Shown here in pieces: positions 25,103-37,518 of a DNA stretch of 64,000 bases. The stretch is from Blepharisma stoltei ATCC 30299 (taxonomy: Eukaryota; Protista; Ciliophora), in assembly GCA_965603825.1 (NCBI GenBank), contig CBFDEM010000032.1:372001-436000 (forward strand), in the 5' to 3' direction. Positions within the stretch are counted from its first letter, which is position 1. Every line of letters begins with the position of its first letter. The position numbers and the translations under genes were made by a program. Under the pieces are notes generated by a model, which was not told where the DNA came from, searched no databases, and was given only the letters and a program-made list of their open reading frames with translations.

Positions 25103-25501
25103 TTACATTTCATATATGAACTTATTTAATTCAGCCTCTAAATTTATCTGACTTAGCAATTCCAATGTTGACTTTATGCAATCATCAGAACATTCAATCA
25201 TTTCCTTTTTTCCTCTGCAATCACTTATGCATCTAGGGTATTTTGCAATTGTTTTACGAAGCTCTTTTTCAATATACCAATAAAAATCACTTACGATCTC
25301 TTGGCATTTTGGCAGGCAAGTCTCACCAGTTGGATCTTCATTATTTGCGCACTCTTTTGCACAATTTCATGCAATTTTTTTCATTCTTGGCATAATTACT
25401 TTAGCTTTAACTTCGAAAAAGTCCTTGAAAAAATTTAGAAAGTCTGGATGTTTTCAGATTGTATCAAGGTGCCTCTCAACAAAAAAGTTTTCCTCATCCA
25501 T
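25103..25501 (-). CDS. FAM136A: FAM136A/DUF842-like twin CX3C mitochondrial intermembrane-space protein (132 aa); absent from ORF track
   Basis: Two TGA=W; four CX3C motifs CAKEC, CLPKC, CISDC, CSDDC in helical context. Confidence 0.68.
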
Positions 25502-25517
25502 ATTTATATTATGTTCA

Positions 25518-26438
25518 TTATTTAGAAATAGGTGGAACAATATCATAACTTCCTGGTCCAGGAACCCAAGAAGCATTTTTCTGAACTTCATCTAGTAATG
25601 ATTTTGTTTTATATGGATTTATCACTGCTGTTCTATCTCGCTTAAAAATATGATTTTTAGTATATGCAAGATCAATATCTTTATAATTCCCAACAGGCGG
25701 GATAAATCTTGTAAGATGAGCTCGTAAATTAACAGCATTTGGAGTTTTGCTTTTAGGGATAATAAAGCTTTGGTTACCTTCTTGCTTTTTTAATGCTTTT
25801 TCAACACCATCATGATACACCCCAGGGCCAAGCTTGTCTTTATCTTTAGGCTTTTTAGGCTGGGTTTTAACCATTTTTGGTATAGGAGATTTGTATTCAA
25901 CTAATGAATGATTTAAGTTATATTTTCCAGGATCTGGAGACTGCTGGGCACGATAAATAGTTGTTGATATAAAATTCATTTTTTCGCATTTGCTGCATAT
26001 AAATTACTCAAATTTTCCGAGCTGTTTTTCTCTGCAAGGTTCATCTAGCTTTGGTAGATCTTTGAAATAAAAATTGCAAGCAGGGACGCTTTTACTTCTT
26101 TTTATCATTAAATCTATCTCACCTTTGCGTGACCCATTGAGAAACTTTCCATTTGGTTTTTCTCAATATCTCCTATAGTGTTTTTCTTTTGATTCTGTAT
26201 ACTTTCCAGGTTCTGGATCTTTTGCTCGCTTTTTTACTTCTGTAAAAGTATCTTTGCGCTTCTCTAAAGGGAATTTGGAAGCTCGGACAAGGTAAAGATG
26301 ATTTTTTGGAGGAACATACCCATCAATTCCAAAAATATTTTTATGTGAGTTTATAATTGAGTACATTTCTTTTATTGGAAGAAGCTTAGGTTCTTGATTT
26401 TCATGGACTAAGGGCAATTCGGAGCATGAGTTTGACAT
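25518..26438 (-). CDS. SHIPPO/ODF3-like PGPGxY repeat protein, paralogue of 4568-5545
   Basis: TGA=W at 26163, intron 25993-26007; PEPGKY, SPDPGKY, LGPGVY, WVPGPGSY. Confidence 0.85.
25993..26007 (-). other. 15-nt intron
   Basis: gtaatttatatgcag. Confidence 0.88.
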
Positions 26439-26963
26439 TTGTTATTTCCAAACAAATTATATTTGAAATATTTTGTAATATTTAATAATAATTAATTGTT
26501 GAAATTTAAAAATCTAAGTAAAGTGAATATGGCGATGAGCGAAAGAACTTATTAGATCTGTTTGTAATAACTGTATATCAAATTTAAAATATTAATCTTC
26601 TGCTCAATATGATTATGCCATATCTTAATCATTCATTTCTTTAATCTTAAACATTTAGATAAAAAGTTTAATTAGTCCCATCAAAATATGAGGGTAAAAG
26701 CAATAACCATTGAAAAATACATGCTAAAGATTTGATGATCTGCTTATTCCAGCTTTCGTATAAATTCTGCGTTTTAACTTTTTTTTATGTCGTAACTTCC
26801 GAAACCATTTACTATGTAAATGCAACTAGATGCTGAATTTTATAAAAATGAGTTATAATTATCTTATGGACATTATATTTATCTGTCAGTAAATCAGAAT
26901 ATATTTGTAACCTCATTACTAAGACATTTATATATCCACGCACAGAATGTCCAGTAATAAAAA

Positions 26964-27803
26964 ATGGGATCCTGTAACTCGAAACAAAGATATAGCATAA
27001 GCTTCTCAAGAAGTAGTTCTAGAAAACTTACACAAAACACACTTGTCTACGAAAGACAAAACACAAAACACACATCAATTGTACCCCTATCTAATCCTGC
27101 AAAGCCTAATAGAAGGCTTTTATTAGATTATTACGCAAACGAGAGCTCAAAAATGCCAAATAAAATTAAAAAATATTACGAAGCGATTTTTGCAGAAGAA
27201 GAATTGGAGGTTTTAGAGATTGACCTTGAGCATGTTTCTTTTGACTTGAAATCAATTTACAATTTTAAGCTGATTTTGAATTTCTTTCAAAATCTGAGAG
27301 TTTTAAATTTGGGATATACAGACATGACCTCAGCAGATTTAAAACGAGTATACAAATCTATCGATAATTTAGTCCTGCTGGAAACATTGTCGTTGAAAAA
27401 TAACAAGATTGATCCTTCAGGAGGCGACTATTTATCAAAAATTATAAAGCACCTATTTAATTTGAAAAATCTATATTTACACAATAATCAGCTTGGATCT
27501 GATGGGCTTCTAAAATTTTGTGAAGGACTACAGAATTTAAATAAGCTTGAAAAGCTTACTTTGGATAATAATAATTTGGAAGATAATACTGTTTTGAGAC
27601 TCCTAGAAGCTTTAACCAACATGAAAAACCTCACCTGCCTAGGACTGAGTGAAAATGATATAACGTCCAAAATCGGAAAAGCACTTATTGAGACTATAGA
27701 TAACCTCCCGAAGCTTGCAATTCTCCGTCTTCACAACACACAATTACACCCAAAATATTTGATGATCATCGAAAACAAATTAAAATACACAGTAAATTAT
27801 TAA
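26964..27803 (+). CDS. LRR protein with predicted N-myristoylation/palmitoylation (MGSCNS)
   Basis: RNI-like LRRs LETLSLKNNKI, LKNLYLHNNQLG, LEKLTLDNNNL. Confidence 0.85.
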   Translation: MGSCNSKQRYSISFSRSSSRKLTQNTLVYERQNTKHTSIVPLSNPAKPNRRLLLDYYANESSKMPNKIKKYYEAIFAEEELEVLEIDLEHVSFDLKSIYNFKLILNFFQNLRVLNLGYTDMTSADLKRVYKSIDNLVLLETLSLKNNKIDPSGGDYLSKIIKHLFNLKNLYLHNNQLGSDGLLKFCEGLQNLNKLEKLTLDNNNLEDNTVLRLLEALTNMKNLTCLGLSENDITSKIGKALIETIDNLPKLAILRLHNTQLHPKYLMIIENKLKYTVNY

Positions 27804-27851
27804 AATATAAATAATTTTCTTTTAATTTTATTTCTCTTAAAACTAATTAAA

Positions 27852-28316
27852 ATGCATAGAACCGCATACCATGATGTCATGCCAAAAACACTTTATTATA
27901 GAACAGATGGGTCTGGGCGTGACACATATATTGCATATGACAATGGAGGAGTCTTTCAATCTACTGCGAAATTCCCTTCAAGTCAGACAGCGAAATCAGT
28001 AATTAGACCAAGAAGCTCATACTCAAGACCTTCAGCGAAGTCGTTAAGATATGCTCCAGATGGCTCTGGAAGAGATAGCTATATTAAGTGTGGGGACGGA
28101 GGTCTCCATGCCTCAAGTACACCTAAAGATTTTTTATCAACTTTTCGGGAAAGTTTAAGAACCAATGATTGTTTTTTGACGAGGACAATTTCGGACCCAT
28201 TTTCGTGGGCTCAGCTAACTTGGAGGGATAATAGGACTAGAAGTATTAGTAGAGAAAAGAAAAGACGAGTCCAAGATTGCGTTAATAGGCTTTATTATAA
28301 CAAAAGAAGCCACTAA
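27852..28316 (+). CDS. Small basic protein with duplicated YxxDGSGRDxYI motif
   Basis: YYRTDGSGRDTYIAYDNGG and RYAPDGSGRDSYIKCGDGG. Confidence 0.8.
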   Translation: MHRTAYHDVMPKTLYYRTDGSGRDTYIAYDNGGVFQSTAKFPSSQTAKSVIRPRSSYSRPSAKSLRYAPDGSGRDSYIKCGDGGLHASSTPKDFLSTFRESLRTNDCFLTRTISDPFSWAQLTWRDNRTRSISREKKRRVQDCVNRLYYNKRSH

Positions 28317-28533
28317 TTTAAAAAAAATTGAGTTATAGCAACTTACTTATTATTATTGTTTAATTTAATATGGATAATATTTCTAAAAGTTATTAGAAAA
28401 ATTAATCCTATTCTTAATGATTTTTTAGACTGTTTATACAAAAATATTCAAAAAACAGAGGTAAAAGCAGTTATTTTATATCTTGAATTAAAGTAAACTG
28501 CTTACATTTTAAGTCGCAAAATATAAATCAGTC

Positions 28534-29874
28534 ATGTCTGAGCTAAAGTTTAAAGGCTTTCCTTTCCGAAAAATCAAGGAAAAAAATATCCGTTCCAAAG
28601 TTCAACTGGAATTTATGGATACTTTACTTCAAGTAATTGCCAAGTCTCCTCACAAGATTTCCTTAAATATCCCAGAAACTATTATTTATGGTTACGGAAA
28701 TCAAGAACCTTATATGGTTTTTACAAATGACTTGGGCCATTTGATATCGGTAAAGGCTTCGAAAATCAGCTTGTAATTATTATAAAGAATTCATCGTTTT
28801 TTTAAGAGATGCTACTTTTTAAAAAGAAATCCTTTTCCAATTATCGTTTATAAGAGTGATAAAGGGAATTTAATGGACTCGTGCAGCACTATAATGAGCA
28901 TTAAAGAAGGAATTGATCTATGGAAGTCTAAGCTAAAGGCCGAAGAGCCAGTTTTAATTCAAAGATATGTAGCTCCTTGTGCAATGTATATATCAAAACT
29001 ACGGGCTTTTTATTTACCTTCAAAAGGGTTTGTGCAATGCAAGCTGATGAAAAATAAAATAAACATTAATGGTGAGATCACAAGCAGCATTCGAGGAACT
29101 CCAAAAAGGAGATCTGTTATTTTTAATGAAGATATACTGAAGCAGCCATTTGGAAATGATGACAAATTTTTGATTAGAAAATCTGAATTTATGCACTATG
29201 ATGAAGCTGATTTCCCTATAAATAGTTCTATACATAATCAGCTGGAAGCTTTAAAAGCAATAATTGAAAAAGGAAATTTGTATGGGAAAATCAATGTCAT
29301 GGAAATCCTGGCTGATTTTGTGCAGGATTATGACGAAAATTGGTATTTTATCAATATGGTCGGATTTAAGACAGAAAAAATAATTTCTGGAATTACTCCT
29401 GCATATTTCAGCGATAAAAAGCATAAAAGGCCATTTGTGAGGTCAAATTCTCAGCCAAAATACACTTCTCCTAAAAAATCATGAGGTCCAAAAATATTGC
29501 TAAATAACACTCAATTTATGAAATCACCAGAAATAACAATAAATAACATTGAAAAACCTCGATCAGCAGCAAATAGTCCTGCATTTACAGACTATAGTAA
29601 AACTCCTCAAGATGCCAAGAGTGTTCCAATTGGAAATAAAAGAAAATCCCAGAGTTTTTCAAACGTTGCTGCTGATGTCACACATGATTATAAACATAGG
29701 AAAAATAGTGTTTCAGTTTTAAGGGAGGAAACGCTGAAAGATTTGACTTTTATTGCACAGCGTGAGAAATTATTGTTTAGTTTGCCTCAAAAAATAAAAA
29801 AATTGCAGAAAATCTCTTTATCGAAATCTCCTTGAAATATTGTTCTGCATAAGCATTTTAGTACGCAATCCTAA
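28534..29874 (+). CDS. Hypothetical protein with degenerate ATP-grasp-like domain
   Basis: Intron 28773-28787, TGA=W at 29482 and 29833, TAA 29872-29874; LNIPETI, VLIQRYV, KLRAFY, ILADFVQDYDENWYFI. Confidence 0.72.
28773..28787 (+). other. 15-nt intron
   Basis: gtaattattataaag. Confidence 0.82.
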
Positions 29875-30076
29875 ATTATGTATATTTATTTTCAGAATAT
29901 TGATTGAAATTATGCAGTTAATTATAAACTTAAATTATGAATATTAAGCCGAAATTAATTTTAGGTTCTTTCATAAATAATGACTATTTATTTAGCCTAT
30001 TTATTTTATTTTCAATCACAAAGGCAATAATATTTAAAGAAAATAAAATTATTACAAAGATATCAGAATAATTAAT

Positions 30077-33000
30077 TTATATTAATAATATCGAAAAGCA
30101 TGAAGCAATTATAAAAGATGCTGATGATACTGTTAAATTCAATGACCTTTTATCTGGGGAATCAGCAGTAGTCCAGTTGAGGGAAATAAGGTAAGAATCA
30201 TCTAAAATATCAGGGTATACAGGGTAATTATTTGTGCAAATCACATATAAACTATAATTTGTTGCAGCAGTAAGATTCCCAATTGTCAGATTTACATGCT
30301 CATTAGCGGAGACAGACACATTGGCAGCTATCTCAGGGCGGTTATTTAAATTGTATCCATTATAAACTTGAAACGAATAAGGTATCCCAGGATCGTTAGT
30401 CCTAGGAATAGCAATAGCATAAATATTGCCATCAACTGTAAGTTCGCTATTTATGATAATTGTATTATAAGTGCTAGCACTGAGAATGCTTGGCGTCGTT
30501 GCAAAACTGCAAGGCTCCATATAAACTTCGACTCCTGCAATGCTTTGGGTAAGATCTAAATTTGTTAGCATGGAGCTGAGCTGGTTTTTCTTAGAGGCTA
30601 GGAGCTTGGTCATATAAATTGGCTTCCCATAGTTATCTGATGTAGGCTGGTCTAAAATGTAAAAGGTTACACTAGAGCTGATAACGGTATCGAGCCTTCT
30701 ATTATGATTTGAAGGGGAGTCCGGATAATTTGGGTCAGTTTTTACACTGTCTTCTTTTTCAACTACTCTATCGCTATTTAGACTTAATAATAAAGCAACT
30801 GCTCCTCGAGCTTTATTTATATCATCTGTAGTTAAATATGATTGATCAAAATCAAGTTCTACTGATGCTGCTCGGTATCTTACATCAGTTTGAAAATTTA
30901 ATTGAGTGTAATCTGAGTTAGCAAACCCTGATAAATCTTCAGAATAGATATAAAAAGAGTAAAAAGTTTGAGCTGTAAGCCCTGTGATGGTAATTGTTAC
31001 ATTGAGATTTGATAAAATTCTGGCTGAGCCATATCCGCTTTGAGTAGTTGAATATGGGGCTGGACCTCCTTTTCTCACTTCATCGAATGTAGGAGGAATG
31101 GTTCCCCTTAAAGCCCACGAATAATAGAGTTGGCATATCCTATTAGCCATCACAAAAACTGAAGCAGAAGTTCTATTTGTAGATAATAAAATAGCATTGT
31201 ATATAAGAGATGATCCACTTTGAGCGTAAACGCTAGTTTGCAAAGTTGTTTTTTGAAGATAGAAGGAGTCTTTATTAGTTCCGTTAACTGAGATACTTAT
31301 ATAACCATATGGTGCTATAACGCCACCACTCACTGATACCGTGAAGTTCGACAAAATTTCTCCATCTGTAAAAGTCAGAGAATCAGTAGAAATGCTTACC
31401 CCATTAGATTCATAAAGATCTAAATTCACAGTCAAATCAGTATCAGGAGCATTGCTTAGCTGTACCAATACTGGTAGAGATGTGCCTCCTACAGGGATCG
31501 GAACAATATCTTCAATAGAAATATTTGCCAAAGGACTACTCGTCACGTTAAAATAGGTCTGTAAAAGTGGGGTATAGTAAGGAGGGGTTATTTCACCATT
31601 AGTAGTCCACTTAATGCTATATCTTCCTTCTGTCATAGAAGGTGGGACACTTATCCTGAAAGTCTTATATATTTCGCCAATTTGCACATCAATTCTTCCT
31701 GGAATGAAAGAAAACCCATCACAAGAAGGAATTAATGTCAAATTTAGCGCAGCTGGATAATTAAATGACACAGGGATAAAGGTAGACATCGTCCCTGAGG
31801 TAACCTGAAAATCATTATTGTTATTTACTATAATCAAGGGGCCATTATAGTAGAAATTAAACCGGCTTGGGTTTAAATTTGGATATGACCTATCAACTAT
31901 AATTGAGTTCCCTCCATCAAAGGTCTCGACTGTTATTTGCCTAGCTAGCCCAGAGAAATTGGGGTTTGGGACATCATCATGATAAAGCATTAGAAATCCT
32001 GAATATTTTGTCGTTTGAGCATTCGCAATCATGACATCATAGTACAAATTGCAATCTGGGACACCAAGTGCCCAATATGAGCTTGATCTGCAATGAACTG
32101 AAGCTTCTGATAAGTCGTAATCTTTAGGGTACCTTACCCATATAGCTCCTCCATTTTCAGTAGTTGGGATATAATTGGAAGTCGTCATATTAAAGGTGTA
32201 GTAACTTACAAATCTAGCATATGGGTATAGAGTCGTGGTATGAACTACATCATTATACCCAGGAGCAGCTGATAGAGTAAGTTTCCCTGAATATTCATTA
32301 AGTTCCTGGTAAGAGTCACCTGTAATGATTCCGATCCAAAATTCGCCAGTCTGAGTTGATGAATGGTAATTTGGATTTATGATACCATAGATTGATAAAG
32401 AAATCTGGCATGTTAAGCAAGATGGGAAATACTCAAACCCTGTTATAGATATCACATAGGAATGTGAATTTGCACAACTTAAAACTCCATTAAGTCCAGT
32501 ACTATAGCACTTAAAGCTGTCTCCTAGCCTTTTATCATATTCTTCTGGGAAGGTAATTCTTATTTCAGCATCTGCCGAAATATCTATATTAGGGGTAAAA
32601 ACAAAAGTATATGTTGCAATTTCTCCTTCATTTTGTGGGTAAAAATTAATTTCATTTACTTTTAATGTAGGTGCTTGAGAAGTTGTATTAACTAAAACAC
32701 TTTCAGTTACACTGGAGTCTGTTGTTTGCAATACTACTCCATCATATATAGTTTTTATAGTAAAGGGGTCACTTTTAGACTGAAAAAAATTTCTTATCCC
32801 AGTGATTGATAATATAATTTGGTATGCTAACGCGTCTTGGGACATTGTAACTAAAATTGATGACCCATATCCTTTGCAAGTCTCATAATAAATAATCTCT
32901 CCCCTCATTCTGCATATAGGCTTTTCTGGAAGAACGCCAAAATTAGCCAAAGGAAAATCAATTTGAATTAGCCCACCAGCCCAAAGCTTATATGATGGGC

Positions 33001-36000
33001 TAAACGTAAACGTATAAACAGCAGTTGCATTAGCATTAGTTGGGCTATTTTCAATATCTACATAAGAAATTATCTCTGGGGTCCACGCGCTTTGCAAATA
33101 AATAATATCAGATACAGTGTACTGATCAATCACTCTTCCTGCCGAGTTATAGGTAATAAATTGAAATCCTGAAATGCTTGAAACTGCTGGATTTTTTACT
33201 CCAATCACTTTAGCTACAATAAATTTAAATGCTCCAACAAACCCAAAGCTATAAAAAGTCAATTGATTTCCTGAAATTATGCATGGAGTTTCTACATCAG
33301 GAACTGAATACCAAAAAGTGCATGTTGGTTGAGGGTCTGAACTTGATATAGAAAATGATGAGGGAAAAGTGATAGAAAATCTACCATCAGAAGGAATATT
33401 GTGCTGCATCATCATATTGAACTCATAAGTTGTGGCAACATAGCCTTGCCCATATTCGTGAGGGACAATCATGTAATTGTACATAGTCCCTGAGCCAAGC
33501 CATGGGAGAGTTGACGAAAATGTGATGTGCTGAACTATTGCAGAGCTTCCTATTGTATATGCATAAATCGCGTCTGAGCTTGTAGATACTGAATCAGGGT
33601 TTACTAATCCTGATATCACAATACTCCTGGTGCCGGCTGCCAAAGAAGCCGATAAATAAATTAATACCATGTCTATTTTAGGATAGCAAACACAACTATA
33701 CGATGTGCCACCTACTTGGCAAGTGATGCCTGCTGAATAATAGCAGTATCCTTTATCATGGGTGGGGTTAAATCTTAACAAAATGTAAGGACTTGTTGCA
33801 CCTGTAGCACTTGTTGTGGTGAACGAGTTTATTGTCAAGGAATTAGTAGCGTTTACAGTAGAGTTTGAATTTGTGTATGTGACGGATATAGAATTAGAAG
33901 CTGGAGCTGTGTTTCCTGCTGTTAAGGTGACGCTACCAGTTTCTAAGTTGTATCGTATACGGTTGTTATTTTGGTAAGTTGTTACTACAATTGTCGGGGC
34001 ATTTGCTGTTTGGACGTATAATAGCCCTGCAAAATGGACTATAATAGAAGTACCAGGCTGAACTTCAGCGAATTCTGAAATAGTGACGATAGCAGGAGTA
34101 CTTGCTGATGCAGAAGATGGCAAAACAGTTAGCAGACATTGAATATCAACTCCTGACCTTGCTGGAGTTAACCCAGAAAAGACTTTGCAAGGAACATTCC
34201 CTCCTTGGGATATTCCAAGTCCTAGATTAGTTCTGAATAAATTATTTCCTCCAGACATTGAAGGAAATTGAATTTCTATTAATCCTTGCATGTCTACCGT
34301 TGCGTAAGGAGTTTGCCCAGACGGAATATATTTTTGGGTTGTAAACTGCAGTGACATAATGGTTTCTGTATCTATTCCCGCATGCACAACATTACTTGAT
34401 AGTGGAGTTAAAGTAGAAGCCGCCATTGTTGCAGTTCCAGAGCCACTTTCAAGAAAAGTCCATACTTCACTATAAGTATTGAAATCAAAAATATAGTCCC
34501 CTGACGCATATGGAGCAGTTATTGTTGTAATCAAAATATAAGAATCTACTGTGGCTAGGAATTTCCCAGTTATAGTAGTGCCTGAGTCTGGATAAAGTTG
34601 CAGAGTGACTACCCCATCTTTATATGTGCATGCATTTGCTGCTTGTAGCGGCATATTTGTGGGCTTGACTTGACATGTAGGTGAAGCTGTAGGTATTACA
34701 AACCCATAAGGGATATTGATAGTAATCCACCCTAATTGTGGAATTTCTACTTGTGGGAACATGTCTATTTGGATTTGAGTATTGGCACCAGTTGCTTGAT
34801 TAGTAGTTGCTCCTGGGTAAGACACGCTCACTCCTGTAGGTGACGAATAGTCTAATATAGTCACATAAGCGTCATCAGAGTTTTCATCAATTACAGTTCT
34901 CCCATCAGCTTTCATCGTCCGAATAATTAATGGCACAGTGCTTCCAGCTGTACTAGGATTTGTCAGCTGAAAAATTATCGATATCAATTTTGGAGTAAAT
35001 GCTGCAAAGTTGCTGAGAGTTAAGATTTTTGTGGTTGTGCTATATGATAAAGTCACAGTATTTGAGGACGATATATCATCAAGGCCGTATAAAACTTGCT
35101 GAATGCTGAGTCCATCCATATTAAAATCTGTCGAGCATATTATTAAGATCGTTCCTCCTTGTTCTATAGGATTTCTCAACAGAAATTGCAAATTGTATAA
35201 AATTACTTTATTTTTTGTAAGTGACCAATTGGTGTTGTTTGGCTTTAAAGTTATTTCTGTTATTCTACCTGGAAGAATAGTGACCCCTGTGAGGCCAGTT
35301 ATCCTTTCGTACACAATGTTCGTATAATTTCTTCCTGATTCAATAGTGAAAGTGCCAGTTAAGCCTGATTGTGGAGGATTCTTTGCAGCAATTCTCATAG
35401 CATACTCAGTGCTCGCAGCTAAATTTTGGTCAATCCCAGTGACAGTTACTTGATTTCCAAATGAAATACAGCTGAAGACTCCAGAAATGCTGTTTCCTTC
35501 CATATCTACAGAAAGGCATGAAGGAAATTTCGCTAGATCATACCCGTCATCTGGAAATGTGAACCTCAGCCAATCTCATGCTCCAAGAACACTACTTAAT
35601 TTAAAAGTAAAGTCATAGCGAGTAATGTCTCCTGCATTTGAGCTGCCTCCACTCTGAATACTTGCAGTTCCTGAAATAATTTGGTCAAAATTTCCTGAAA
35701 TTCCGATAACGCCAAACACTTGGTTCATATCTAGCAGATTATTCCCGTTCCAAGATTCCAATTGAAAATTTCCAGTTCCTCCAACTTGGCTAGGGTTTTT
35801 CACGCCATATATAATGAGGGCATTCGAAATTCCTGCTGTTATATACGAATTGACTATTATAGTCACTGTTCGTTTAAATATTGAGCAAGTGCCCAAATTG
35901 CAGATTGGTGAGGAAACTCCAAGTCCTAATGAAAATTGATCAGGAAATGTGACGTATAATTGCCCTCCTGAAGGAATGGTATGATCAGGCTGGAAAAGAA

Positions 36001-36142
36001 AAGTGTAATCAGAAATTTCAGAAGTTGAAGTATATGAATTGTAAAGGGGAAGACCTCCCACAGGTCAAAGAGTTCCAATACTGTCTAAAGCTTGGCTTTT
36101 TGCTTTAGTTCATATGAGAGTCAAAAGTAAAGTGATTATCAT
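30077..36142 (-). CDS. Large (2021 aa) S/T-rich cell-surface protein with repeated beta-sandwich units, signal peptide and GPI-like tail
   Basis: ATG 36142 MIITLLLTLIW.., three TGA=W; recurring YxFxFxPxxxIPxGGxIxIxFP and GxxNP motifs; hydrophobic C-terminus SSASFIIASCFSILLI. Confidence 0.85.
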
Positions 36143-36272
36143 TTTTTTGTATTTGGCAATAATGAAAATAATTGATAATTTAAAAATCACACGATCAACC
36201 AAAAAAATTCAATGAAATATCAGAAATAGATATGTAAAACTTTACTATAAATCTTATTCAAAAAATTAATAG

Positions 36273-37451
36273 ATGGAAGAAAACAAAAACGCTTTATTCG
36301 GAGCCCTATCCAAAGCTCTTTCAGTTAACATCCACAAGCCCAGTATGTATTTAGAAAAGCTTCCAGCAGGCTCTCCACCTACCCGTCAACGAGTTTATGA
36401 GCTTCTATCGAAAGACCAACGTATGCTTGCATTCGATTTTTTGTCCAGTATTACTACTAGTACACCAAGACTGGACTATATTGATGCTGTGCTGTTTGCT
36501 GCAAGATTTTTGCTTGGCAACCAACTTATAAACGAATGCTACATTTTCTTAAAAATTTGTCAAAATCATTTAGAAAGGACATGGGGTGAGCCGATTGATT
36601 ATTCTCTTGTGGAAGAAATAGGAAATATGTTTTATTTGACTGGCCAGTGTAATGAAGCTGTCAAGTGGTACGAAAAGTTAATGGAAATGAACGAAGCCCC
36701 TGAAAGCAAAATGTATTTTAATATTGGCATGTGCTACCAAGTAATGGGAAACATTTCTCAAGCGATTGAAGCCTACTTAAAAAGCACACTCGCAGATTCA
36801 AGATTTACAAAATCCTGGGTCAATCTTGGAAGCTGCTACTTACAAATTGGCAAAGGCGACAAAGCGATTGCTGCTTTTCAAAATTTGCCACTTTCAGCTG
36901 AAAGTTTGACTTGCATTGGAAACGCGTACTTTAAAATGGGGAATTTCGAAGAAGCGATTGCTCATTATTTAAGAGCAATTGAAATTAAAGAAGAGCCAGG
37001 GACTTACAATAATTTGGGAGCTGCTTTAAAAAAGGTTGGACTATTGCAAGATGCGATTTATGCATTTAATGATTCTTTGGCACTGCAACCAAATGCAGAT
37101 GCAGGAGCGAATTTGTTGATTTTATATATTGAGACAGGAAAATTTACTGAGGCTCAAACACTCTTTAGAAGCATTGCGAGAATTTTGCCTTCCAACGAGT
37201 CAAAAATGATTTCTAAAATCCTTGACGAAAGAAAGCCAGCAGAAAGAAGAAGCACTATGATTGGTAATAAAGCTATAGAAGGGTTATTGGGAAATTTAAT
37301 AGCACCTGCGCTATCGAGAAGGCAAACAGCTGTTAATCCTTTCAATGTCACAAGTAGCCCTCAAAGCAAATCTCCAGTTACTCAAAAATCTCCCAATAAT
37401 ACTAGCCCTTCGAATATTTTTGGTAACGCTCTTCGTAAAATTAAAAAATAG
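36273..37451 (+). CDS. TPR-repeat protein
   Basis: Tandem TPRs (MYFNIGMCY..GNISQAIEAY, SWVNLGSCY, TYNNLGAAL). Confidence 0.88.
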   Translation: MEENKNALFGALSKALSVNIHKPSMYLEKLPAGSPPTRQRVYELLSKDQRMLAFDFLSSITTSTPRLDYIDAVLFAARFLLGNQLINECYIFLKICQNHLERTWGEPIDYSLVEEIGNMFYLTGQCNEAVKWYEKLMEMNEAPESKMYFNIGMCYQVMGNISQAIEAYLKSTLADSRFTKSWVNLGSCYLQIGKGDKAIAAFQNLPLSAESLTCIGNAYFKMGNFEEAIAHYLRAIEIKEEPGTYNNLGAALKKVGLLQDAIYAFNDSLALQPNADAGANLLILYIETGKFTEAQTLFRSIARILPSNESKMISKILDERKPAERRSTMIGNKAIEGLLGNLIAPALSRRQTAVNPFNVTSSPQSKSPVTQKSPNNTSPSNIFGNALRKIKK

Positions 37452-37518
37452 TTGACTATTGAGTGAATGCATTTTTCTTTAATATTAATGTATATATGGT
37501 ATCTTTATTTCTATCCTA

